Shown: piece after piece, positions 1 through 7,164 of the stretch | Layout of the letters: every line of letters begins with the position of its first letter | Numbering within the stretch: the stretch's first letter is position 1 | IMG/VR virus record: IMGVR_UViG_3300011152_000015 | Location: 1-64,000 of that record | Source: a virus | Taxonomy: Duplodnaviria; Caudoviricetes | Strand: one strand, 5' to 3' | DNA: 64,000 nucleotides | Position numbers and translations under genes: made by a program | Notes under the pieces: generated by a model | Databases searched by the model: none | Seen by the model: the letters and a program-made list of their open reading frames with translations, nothing else | What the model was told of the DNA's origin: nothing

Positions 1-13
1 TCAGCGCGAACAT
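1..13 (-). CDS. umuC: Probable start of UmuC-like Y-family polymerase (runs off the left edge)
   Basis: ATG TTC GCG CTG (MFAL, a typical UmuC N-terminus) overlaps the umuD stop; only 4 codons visible. Confidence 0.6.
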
Positions 14-426
14 AGCTGGTGCAAATTGTGCGTGGCCACACCCCAGACATGCAGGGACTCGGTCACGGGGATCGCGCGGTAATCAGGGTTCTCAGGCTGC
101 AGCCAGACACCGGCCGGCGTCACCTGCAGGCGCTTGACCGTCATCCCACCATCGACGTAGGCGACGACGATGTGGCCGGAGCGCGCTTCCAGCGACCGAT
201 TGATCACCAACACATCGCCATCGTAAATGCCTGCACCGATCATGCTCGGGCCCTCGACCCGGGCGAGATAGACATGAGGCGTGCGTAAATCAATCAGCTC
301 ATCGATAGAGAGCGTCAGCTCCTCATAGTCAGCCGCCGGCGACGGGAAACCGGCCGGCACACGGGTGTCGACGTACTGCGAAAAGACAGGGGACGGGCCA
401 AGTTGGCCCAGGATGGTGGCGCGCAT
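1..426 (-). CDS. umuD: UmuD-like S24 peptidase (Pol V subunit)
   Basis: VPAGFPSPAADY cleavage motif, GPSM serine, TVKRL lysine; LexA box upstream; start taken at ATG 426. Confidence 0.92.
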   Translation of the reverse strand: MRATILGQLGPSPVFSQYVDTRVPAGFPSPAADYEELTLSIDELIDLRTPHVYLARVEGPSMIGAGIYDGDVLVINRSLEARSGHIVVAYVDGGMTVKRLQVTPAGVWLQPENPDYRAIPVTESLHVWGVATHNLHQLCSR

Positions 427-442
427 GGTACTGCTCTGCAAT

Positions 443-462
443 TACTGTATATATATACAGTA
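443..462. promoter_or_regulatory. LexA (SOS) box between divergent umuD and SRAP genes
   Basis: Perfect palindrome TACTGTATATATATACAGTA (CTGT-N8-ACAG). Confidence 0.95.
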
Positions 463-526
463 AACAACGAGCGCCGCACGCGGTCAATGTAGAAAGGCAG
501 CCATCCGATAGCAGGCTGGAGGGGAA

Positions 527-1231
527 ATGTGCGGACGCTTTAGCCAGTACCGAACGGCAATCGAATACCTGGAAGCGCTGCGGTATGACAAGCCGATCGA
601 CAGCGGTATCGACCCGGAGCCGATCAATCGCTACAACGTCGCGCCGCGCTCGAAAGTAATGATTTTCTACGAGACGGATGCAGGCCTGCGCATGGCAAAG
701 CTGCCCTGGGGCTATCAGCCGTTTTGGGCAGCAGGAAAACGGCCCCCAGCAATCAACGCACGCGTCGAGACGGCAGCGACCAGCCGATTCTTTCGAGACA
801 TCTGGGCTACCGGCCGCACGCTGGTCGCGGCGGACGGCTGGTTCGAATGGGTAAAGGATCCAGCGGACCCGAAAAAGAAACAGCCCTACTACATTCGCCG
901 CCGCGACGGCGAACCACTATGGTTTGCGGCGCTCGCCCAGCTGGACCGCACCGGGATGGATGAGCGCGACAGCGATGGGTTCGTGATCATCACGGCGGAC
1001 AGCGACCAGGGCATGGTGGACATCCATGATCGTCGGCCAGTCGTACTCGAGGCAGACCTTGCGCGCGAGTGGATGGAGCCGGACCTACCGCTGGAGCGCG
1101 CCGAAGAGATCGTGCGAGACCTCGCGCTACCAGTCGAAGCTTTCGAATGGTTCGCCGTCGATCGCGCAGTCGGCAACGTGCGAAACGAGGGCGCTCACTT
1201 GATTCAGCGGATCAGCGATCCGGTTTTGTAG
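527..1231 (+). CDS. SOS response-associated peptidase (SRAP, YedK/HMCES family)
   Basis: MCGRF N-terminus, INARVET, EW, IHDRRPV, VGNVRN motifs. Confidence 0.95.
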   Translation: MCGRFSQYRTAIEYLEALRYDKPIDSGIDPEPINRYNVAPRSKVMIFYETDAGLRMAKLPWGYQPFWAAGKRPPAINARVETAATSRFFRDIWATGRTLVAADGWFEWVKDPADPKKKQPYYIRRRDGEPLWFAALAQLDRTGMDERDSDGFVIITADSDQGMVDIHDRRPVVLEADLAREWMEPDLPLERAEEIVRDLALPVEAFEWFAVDRAVGNVRNEGAHLIQRISDPVL

Positions 1232-1273
1232 CCGCTGATCTGCGAGCGCTGGATCGGCTTCTTTGCCGCCTGA

Positions 1274-1291
1274 TACTGTATGCATGCACAG
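1274..1291. promoter_or_regulatory. LexA (SOS) box
   Basis: TACTGT-ATGCATGC-ACAG directly upstream of ORF 1307. Confidence 0.8.
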
Positions 1292-1306
1292 AATCAGTGA
1301 GCCGCC

Positions 1307-1600
1307 ATGTATTTCCAAGTCATCCCTCTGCGCGAACGAGGCGCACCCCGCGACAAGAAGGAGCTGCAGCAGGCCAAGCCAGTCTCAGGAGACCTGCGCA
1401 TCGAGCACCAGCCAACACGCGAGTTCGGCAGGCCTTGCCGGGTAGCCTTCATATCCACAGGCTCGCCGGACGACGGGCCGTTGGGGATACTGTTCGACGC
1501 AGAGGTGCATTCAATGGCGCCGAACGGATTCATAGTGACAGGTGTTGAATTGATCGATGGCGTCGCGTATGGCCAGTCATGGTTGTGCCGCGAGCGTTAG
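1307..1600 (+). CDS. Hypothetical protein, probably SOS-controlled
   Basis: 97-aa ORF with natural composition behind a LexA box. Confidence 0.7.
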   Translation: MYFQVIPLRERGAPRDKKELQQAKPVSGDLRIEHQPTREFGRPCRVAFISTGSPDDGPLGILFDAEVHSMAPNGFIVTGVELIDGVAYGQSWLCRER

Positions 1601-1648
1601 CGGCGAGGCGAATTGGCACGAGCCGGAAGTCATCGAGCCGCATCACGC

Positions 1649-1921
1649 TCATTGGCCAGCAGTATCGAAAGCGACAACACCTTCACCGATGGGTATCCAA
1701 TCCGATTCTGGAGTGTTCGGTTTGCAAATCGCCACCCGCACCGTCGCGCCAACCTTCGGCTCGGCCGGCGAGATGGCGGCGTGACGGTACGGGGTATAGT
1801 CCGGGGGGCTCATGAAGGAGCTGACGGATCGATGGAATTCCCAAATACCATGCTTGCCTGAGTTACCGACCTGGCGATCGAGCGTGTATGTCACTCCGCC
1901 TTTCATGCGTAACAGCAGCAT
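1649..1921 (-). CDS. Hypothetical protein
   Basis: ORF with GGGGGA RBS before ATG 1921, co-oriented with the upstream Rsm-like gene. Confidence 0.65.
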   Translation of the reverse strand: MLLLRMKGGVTYTLDRQVGNSGKHGIWEFHRSVSSFMSPPDYTPYRHAAISPAEPKVGATVRVAICKPNTPESDWIPIGEGVVAFDTAGQ

Positions 1922-1974
1922 AAATCCCCCAAGCAAAGCACCGCATCATACCCCTATCGCCCACGGTGAAGGCG

Positions 1975-2199
1975 TTAGCTGCACCCATCGTTTGCTTGCA
2001 GCAGCTCCTCCCGCGCCACATTGACCGCGGGCGGCGCAGTGATGCAAACCACGATCTGGCCGGGCGTTCGACTGTGATACAGCTCAAGCCAGATGCCCTC
2101 CTCTGTAAGCTGACGATACAGCTCGGCCGCATCCGCTTCGGTTTCTGGCGACAGGAATATCCGCTGGCCTGGCTTGCGATTGATGATGAGATTTCCCAT
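1975..2199 (-). CDS. CsrA/RsmA-family RNA-binding protein, RsmN/RsmF-type with internal helix insertion
   Basis: MGNLIINRKPGQRIFLS...(AAELYRQLTEEG)...GQIVVCITAPPAVNVAREEL matches the CsrA L-x-x-x-R-x-x-G and I-x-AP-x-x-V-x-V-x-REE pattern; RBS AAGGAGGA. Confidence 0.85.
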   Translation of the reverse strand: MGNLIINRKPGQRIFLSPETEADAAELYRQLTEEGIWLELYHSRTPGQIVVCITAPPAVNVAREELLQANDGCS

Positions 2200-2260
2200 A
2201 TATCCTCCTTGACTGGGTCACCTCACCATACAGCGGGAGGTGACGGCGTGCTGTGACTTC

Positions 2261-2782
2261 CTACTCGCCAGCCCGAACCGCCCTCGCCCACTCTTGCAGA
2301 TACTCCAGCTTCTGCCGATCGCTGATCATTCCTCCACGGATATCCCAAACAGCTGATCCAGCTGCTGCACTGAGTTCGACGCTGGTTGCATCGCCCAGGC
2401 TGCTGGAGCCGGTGGCGGCGGACACGATGGCGTCGGCGCGGGCGACGCGGACCTCGATGCGCAGCCGGCGGCGCTCATCATCAGCAGCAGAATACTCGCG
2501 GCGCAGGCGGTCATTTTCAGTTTGTGCATGGGTCAGTTTCTCGGTTGATGTTGTGTCGAGGGCAGCCAGGCGCGCCTCCAGCACAAGGCGGTCGGTCTGT
2601 TGTTTGCGAATGACATCGGCATTGGCCTCGGCGGTGAGGCGCAGGCTCTCGGACCATTCCAAGCGCGACTCCACCAAATCGCGATTGGAGTCCATCACGC
2701 GGTACTGCTGCGCGCCGGCGACCACCACCAGGGCCAGCAGCCACCAAAGCCAGGACGGGAGCATCTTCAGCCAGGCGGTCAT
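2261..2782 (-). CDS. Rz-like i-spanin
   Basis: N-terminal TM helix, coiled coil, ends LEYLQEWAR; follows the endolysin. Confidence 0.85.
   Translation of the reverse strand: MTAWLKMLPSWLWWLLALVVVAGAQQYRVMDSNRDLVESRLEWSESLRLTAEANADVIRKQQTDRLVLEARLAALDTTSTEKLTHAQTENDRLRREYSAADDERRRLRIEVRVARADAIVSAATGSSSLGDATSVELSAAAGSAVWDIRGGMISDRQKLEYLQEWARAVRAGE
2326..2529 (-). CDS. Rz1-like o-spanin lipoprotein embedded in Rz
   Basis: Signal peptide plus lipobox (SAAGC), Pro-rich CPPPPAPAAWAM, alternate frame inside Rz; start could be either early Met. Confidence 0.85.
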   Translation of the reverse strand: MHKLKMTACAASILLLMMSAAGCASRSASPAPTPSCPPPPAPAAWAMQPASNSVQQLDQLFGISVEE

Positions 2783-3120
2783 TTCCGGCCACCGTGCTCG
2801 AGGCTGAAGTGGTTGCCGTCGTTGAACCGGCCGCCCCAGGTGCCACCGAGGCTTTCCCAGTATTCGCCGAGGGGCGCGTAATCTTCGCTGCGCGTCAGGT
2901 ACTGGCCACCCCTGAAGAGGTTGAAGTCCACAGCCAGCCGCTCCTTGTGCAGCGATCCGGCCGAGCTGTAGGACTTCTTCTCGCCAGCCGCACCGTGCAC
3001 ACGCGGGTCACGGTAGGCATCGCCGAAGGTCAGTTCGTAGCCCTCCTGGTAGGCGTACTCGATCAGCAGGCCGACCAGGCGAGTAAAGCGGCGTTGCTTC
3101 TGTCCGAGCGTTTCGGTCAT
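2779..3120 (-). CDS. Endolysin, M15-family metallopeptidase
   Basis: SLHKERLAVD and DGNHFS zinc-ligand motifs, WGGRF; start at ATG 3120 with GGAG RBS. Confidence 0.9.
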   Translation of the reverse strand: MTETLGQKQRRFTRLVGLLIEYAYQEGYELTFGDAYRDPRVHGAAGEKKSYSSAGSLHKERLAVDFNLFRGGQYLTRSEDYAPLGEYWESLGGTWGGRFNDGNHFSLEHGGRK

Positions 3121-3136
3121 GCGTCTTTCTCCAGGC

Positions 3137-3162
3137 AAAAAAAATCCCGCACTAGCGGGATT
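3137..3162 (-). terminator. Intrinsic terminator-like hairpin upstream of the endolysin
   Basis: AATCCCGC-N4-GCGGGATT followed by a T run on the minus strand. Confidence 0.75.
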
Positions 3163-3247
3163 GAACAGGCTGCGCCGCCCTGTTTGCGTAGAAGTGGGCG
3201 GGCTGCTAGGTTCATGATGCCAATTCGGCATCACAGGGAGACATCAG

Positions 3248-3583
3248 ATGAATAGTGGAATTTTTGAGGTGTCCTTTCGCTCGTCCATTCAGGACTTCGG
3301 CGAAGGTTTAGTGGTGATCAAGGACGGCACGGTCAACGGTGGAGACGCTCACTATCTCTACACTGGCCAGTTCGCAGAGTCCAGCGGCACGACCAATGCC
3401 AAGATCAAGGTCCAGATGTGGAAAGCAGGCAGCACGTCGATTGTGAATATCGACAACTACGAGCTTGATCTCACCGGAACCATAGACTTCGAGCATGGCG
3501 CGCTCCGCCTTAGAGGCCAGGTTGTTGGCCAGCCATCTTTGGTGGTTTCAGTAGAAGGCCGGAAGATCGCCGACGCCGCATGA
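3248..3583 (+). CDS. GrlR-like beta-barrel protein (moron, opposite strand)
   Basis: MNSGIFEVSFRS...DFGEGLVVIKDGTVNGGDAHYLYTG resembles the GrlR-family N-terminal pattern. Confidence 0.65.
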   Translation: MNSGIFEVSFRSSIQDFGEGLVVIKDGTVNGGDAHYLYTGQFAESSGTTNAKIKVQMWKAGSTSIVNIDNYELDLTGTIDFEHGALRLRGQVVGQPSLVVSVEGRKIADAA

Positions 3584-3724
3584 CTCTTCTGCTGCAGCGA
3601 TCACTGCTGGCAGTTCAGCATTGATCCGGTCATAGGCGAGGTTTATCCCGAAGTACGCCCCGGCCATGGCACAAGCCAGGCCGAGGGCGGTCGCTGAAAG
3701 CATGCGGGTGATCGAGATACGCAT
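3548..3724 (-). CDS. 58-aa single-TM protein, absent from the ORF track
   Basis: MRISITRMLSATALGLACAMAGAYFGINLAYDRINAELPAVIAAAEESC...; RBS AAGGA. Confidence 0.6.
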   Translation of the reverse strand: MRISITRMLSATALGLACAMAGAYFGINLAYDRINAELPAVIAAAEESCGVGDLPAFY

Positions 3725-3803
3725 GGTCGCAATTCCTTTTGCGGTTGGTTAAGGCCTGATCCTGCCGGACGCGACCAGATTTGCCTGTGAGGCGCTACGC
3801 AGA

Positions 3804-4223
3804 TCAGACGAACTCCAAGGCATGCGATCCTGCGGGGATTGGGTTTGACGTCAGCCCAGACCGGAGGAAGGTTGAAGCAGTTGCCGTCTGGCCGGCCGAG
3901 ACCCAGCCGGTAAGCGGCGCAGCACCATCGATGCTCACACCCGAGAACGGCGCGCTGCCGTAGATTCCGCGCACTTCCACACTGAGGCTGCGCGCCGCAC
4001 CATCCTGCTGGTAATAGAGCGCCAATATCTGCCCGCTTCCTCCGGGCGCTGGTGGCCCACCCGGTATAGCGGTTGATCCGGGCGGCGATATCGAACCGAG
4101 ATCGCCTGACGATGAGTATGCGGACACATAGCCACCAAAGTTCGCCCCGTCGTACGCGGCGACGAGAGTGATACCAGGAGACGAAGCCTTGCGCGGAAAC
4201 CCCGCCACCACACCGGGCATCAT
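3804..4223 (-). CDS. Tail-fibre-associated protein
   Basis: MMPGVVAGFP start overlaps the fibre gene stop (ATGA); Gly/Ser-rich. Confidence 0.7.
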   Translation of the reverse strand: MMPGVVAGFPRKASSPGITLVAAYDGANFGGYVSAYSSSGDLGSISPPGSTAIPGGPPAPGGSGQILALYYQQDGAARSLSVEVRGIYGSAPFSGVSIDGAAPLTGWVSAGQTATASTFLRSGLTSNPIPAGSHALEFV

Positions 4224-5686
4224 GCTGCCACCGTTTGGCCGATCACGATCCATTCGTTCGCGGCAACTTTTTTCAGGGTTACGGTCATACGCGCCGTCAT
4301 GTTTAGCGTGCCGCCTGATTGCGGCTCAAGCACGACGCCACTGGCGGAAGCCAGAGTGATATTGCCGACCGAGCGAATAGTGATCTCGGTTCCGATCTCG
4401 AAAGCGACAGCCGCGTTGGTTGGAACTGTTAGGGTGATGGCGCCTGTCGTTGCTGGGCGCAGTAAGTTCCAGGCGTCGGTCAGGGCTAGCGTGCGGGTTG
4501 TGGCGGTGCCGATGACGGCGGACTTGTCCTGCTTGGTGGCGGGGTCGAAGTTGCCGGTGTGCCAGAGTTCTTGCCAGTCGGTGAACACGCTACCTGACCA
4601 CGACCGCACTGCAACTCGATTCAGGTTGACCCCCCCGCCCATAAGCATTTGCAGGCCGTATGCCGTGCCTCCGCCAGCCACCAACACAACATGACGACCT
4701 TGCCCCCAGCCGGAGGGCAACGGAGTCAGGCCCGCACCAGGGGTTATGAACCCACCGCCGATCGTGTACAGGTTTAGGTTGGCCTCTGCGCTGACGCTGA
4801 CGCCACCTACCCCAAACAACGCCATCGCAGCCTTAACATGCGCCGTAGTAGCAATCGAGGTGTCTCTATCTTCGGCAGCCGGTGTTGGGGCCGTGGGGTT
4901 GCCCGTGAACGTAGGGCTGTTGAGGTCGGCCTTCAGCCCCAGCTGCGCCTGAATCTTCCCGAACGCCGACAACACGGTATCCACCGCCGTGATCGCCGTC
5001 GACACTGCCATGCTCAGGCCGGTCAGCAGCGTGTTCCGTACCCGATGCTCGCTGAAGTAGAGGTTCGTCGAACCTTCGGCCAGCGCGTCCGTGGTACCTG
5101 GCGAGGGGTTGATCTCGGCGTAAACAGAGCCGGTCCAGCGGTACTGGCGAGTGGGGTTCGCCTGGGTGCCCTGGTTGACGGCGATGTAGATTTTCCCGCC
5201 CTCGCCCGTTGCCGGGAAGTCGTCGCGGGTCGGGAACTCCAGCACGTCGTCGACGTAGCTCGGTAGCTGGCTGGACGGGATGCGCGCGTACTCGTCCAGC
5301 GTGGCCACGCCACCGGATACGCCGCGCTCGGTTGTGTCGATCTTCTCGGCCAGCACCGCCTGTAGGCCGCTGACGGTATCGATCGCCTGGGTACCGGTGT
5401 GCGTGGCGCGGTCGCGCAGCTGGGCGTCGGTGGCGTTGGCCGTGGCGCCCGCCTCGATACCACCGAGCTTCGCGCGCTCGGCATCGGTCATCAGCGATTG
5501 CCCTTCGGCCTTGTCCACCTTGCCGGCCAGGCCCAGCGCCGCGTTGGCGGGGTAGCCCACGATCATGCCCGAGCCGTTGGTGACGTAGACATCGTGCCCC
5601 TGCCCGGCGCGCACGTAGTAGATGGCATCGGGCTCCAGCACGGCCGGCAGCGCGGCCACCACCTTGTGATGTTTTACTGTGGCCAT
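4220..5686 (-). CDS. Tail fibre / receptor-binding protein
   Basis: LRDRATHTGTQ, QLPSYVDDVLEF, SPTFTGNPTAPT and WQELWHTGNFDP fibre motifs. Confidence 0.85.
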   Translation of the reverse strand: MATVKHHKVVAALPAVLEPDAIYYVRAGQGHDVYVTNGSGMIVGYPANAALGLAGKVDKAEGQSLMTDAERAKLGGIEAGATANATDAQLRDRATHTGTQAIDTVSGLQAVLAEKIDTTERGVSGGVATLDEYARIPSSQLPSYVDDVLEFPTRDDFPATGEGGKIYIAVNQGTQANPTRQYRWTGSVYAEINPSPGTTDALAEGSTNLYFSEHRVRNTLLTGLSMAVSTAITAVDTVLSAFGKIQAQLGLKADLNSPTFTGNPTAPTPAAEDRDTSIATTAHVKAAMALFGVGGVSVSAEANLNLYTIGGGFITPGAGLTPLPSGWGQGRHVVLVAGGGTAYGLQMLMGGGVNLNRVAVRSWSGSVFTDWQELWHTGNFDPATKQDKSAVIGTATTRTLALTDAWNLLRPATTGAITLTVPTNAAVAFEIGTEITIRSVGNITLASASGVVLEPQSGGTLNMTARMTVTLKKVAANEWIVIGQTVAA

Positions 5687-5690
5687 GCGA

Positions 5691-6257
5691 TCACCAGTTA
5701 GTGGTTGCCCAGCGGCTGCCCACACCTACGCCGTTGAACAGCAGGCCCTCGGCGTCCTCGCCCAGCTTGTCGAGCGTGGCCTTGTTGGTGTGGCTGTGGG
5801 CCATGCTGACGGCGTTGTCGATCTGCGCCGGCGTGCTGGTGGGCCCGCCCTGCAGGTCGCTCCACTGGAGCACCACGTCCATGGATTCGTATTCGGCGAT
5901 TTTGTAGATCGTCTCGGTATCGAACGCGTAGGCGTAAAGCGCAGATCCGGCGGTCACGGTCGGGTCACCGGTGGCGTCCACCACCAGGATCATGGCGTTG
6001 GCTTCGAGGGTGGCGATCAGGGCGTCACGGGCGGCGATGTCCGGCACGATGGAAACGGTGCTGGCGGCACCGGACCAGTTCGCCAGCGCTGCGTCGATCA
6101 GCGCATTGATCATCGCGGTGTTGCCAACGGCGCGCGCCTCGCCTGCGTTGTTGGTGAGGTAGCTTTCCGCGTAGCTGCCGTTTTCGACGTAGTAGAAGGC
6201 GTTGGGTTCGAGGCTGCCGGGCAGTGTGGTGACTTTGTAGAACTTGACCTGGGCCAT
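5691..6257 (-). CDS. Virion/tail accessory protein
   Basis: 188-aa ORF in the tail operon with strong RBS (AGGAGG). Confidence 0.8.
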   Translation of the reverse strand: MAQVKFYKVTTLPGSLEPNAFYYVENGSYAESYLTNNAGEARAVGNTAMINALIDAALANWSGAASTVSIVPDIAARDALIATLEANAMILVVDATGDPTVTAGSALYAYAFDTETIYKIAEYESMDVVLQWSDLQGGPTSTPAQIDNAVSMAHSHTNKATLDKLGEDAEGLLFNGVGVGSRWATTNW

Positions 6258-6269
6258 GTGGCCTCCTGT

Positions 6270-6527
6270 TTACCAGTGGTTGATTTCCCACGAATGGGGA
6301 GGTGCGTAGAGGCCGTTGTCGCTGCCTTGGGTAAGGGTGTTGCCGGGGTCGGCGCTGATGACGGGGGAGCCATCTGAGCCTGGGGCGTCTTTGCCGGGTG
6401 GCCCTGGCGGCCCCTGCTCGCCGGCGGTAACGACGAGCGTCTCGGCATCCGGCTCCAGCGCGACGGCGTATTCGCTGCCGGCCTCGATGACCAGCACCTC
6501 GGGATCGCCGCAGATGGCTACGCTCAT
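6270..6527 (-). CDS. Small virion protein with a short collagen-like Gly-X-Y tract
   Basis: GEQGPPGPPGKDAPG; ISADPGNTLTQGSDNGLY. Confidence 0.75.
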   Translation of the reverse strand: MSVAICGDPEVLVIEAGSEYAVALEPDAETLVVTAGEQGPPGPPGKDAPGSDGSPVISADPGNTLTQGSDNGLYAPPHSWEINHW

Positions 6528-7099
6528 GCAGTCACCTCGCGGCTGACGGTGACGGCTCCCTGCAGGTAGCGCTGCACAGTGCCGTCGGCGTACTCGACTT
6601 CGAGGTCATAGACGCCCTCGGTCCAGGTGAGCGCGGCGGTCTGTTCGGCGCTGAGGGTGCGGCCGAGGGTGCCGGGCGCGGTGATTTCCAGTCCGCCGTT
6701 CTCGGTCGTCAGCTCCAGCAGCACCGGCCCGCCGATTTGCGGGCGGATCTGCATGCGCGCCTTGGCGCCTGTCAGGTCAACGGGCGGCTTGTAGATCAGC
6801 TGCCCGCCGCTGGGCGTGAGGCCGAATGCCGACAGCGCGTTGATCTCCAGCGTGGACTCATCGATTACCGTGACACGGTGCGGACGCTCACGCTGGGAGC
6901 GGTTTAGGCCCTGCATGCCGGTGACGCCCTCTACCCAGGCGAGCCAGTTGCCCGGCAGGCCGTGGTCAACGGTGAGGTGCAGCGGTGACCCGCCGATGGC
7001 GGTAATGGGCCGGTACTCCAGGCGCGGCTGCATCAGCCGCAGGGTGTCGCGCAGGGTCGCGCCCTGCACGATGTGCAGATCGAGTTTGGCGGGTTGCAT
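6524..7099 (-). CDS. Virion structural protein (tail)
   Basis: PVDLTGAKARMQIR...YDLEV motif seen in phage tail adaptor-type proteins. Confidence 0.75.
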   Translation of the reverse strand: MQPAKLDLHIVQGATLRDTLRLMQPRLEYRPITAIGGSPLHLTVDHGLPGNWLAWVEGVTGMQGLNRSQRERPHRVTVIDESTLEINALSAFGLTPSGGQLIYKPPVDLTGAKARMQIRPQIGGPVLLELTTENGGLEITAPGTLGRTLSAEQTAALTWTEGVYDLEVEYADGTVQRYLQGAVTVSREVTA

Positions 7100-7115
7100 G
7101 GAAAACTCCGGGCGT

Positions 7116-7138
7116 AAAAAAGCCCACCGGAGTGGGCT
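7116..7138 (-). terminator. Intrinsic terminator-like hairpin
   Basis: AGCCCAC-N4-GTGGGCT plus T run on the minus strand. Confidence 0.7.
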
Positions 7139-7164
7139 GGGGTTGTACGCGAGCGCTAAGTCAG

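Noticed and set aside
2217-2245. CCTCACCA in a hairpin upstream of the Rsm-like gene as a target of the 31.7-kb RNA
   Set aside because: The motif is on the plus strand while the gene is transcribed from the minus strand, and no partner GGACACAGCAC is nearby
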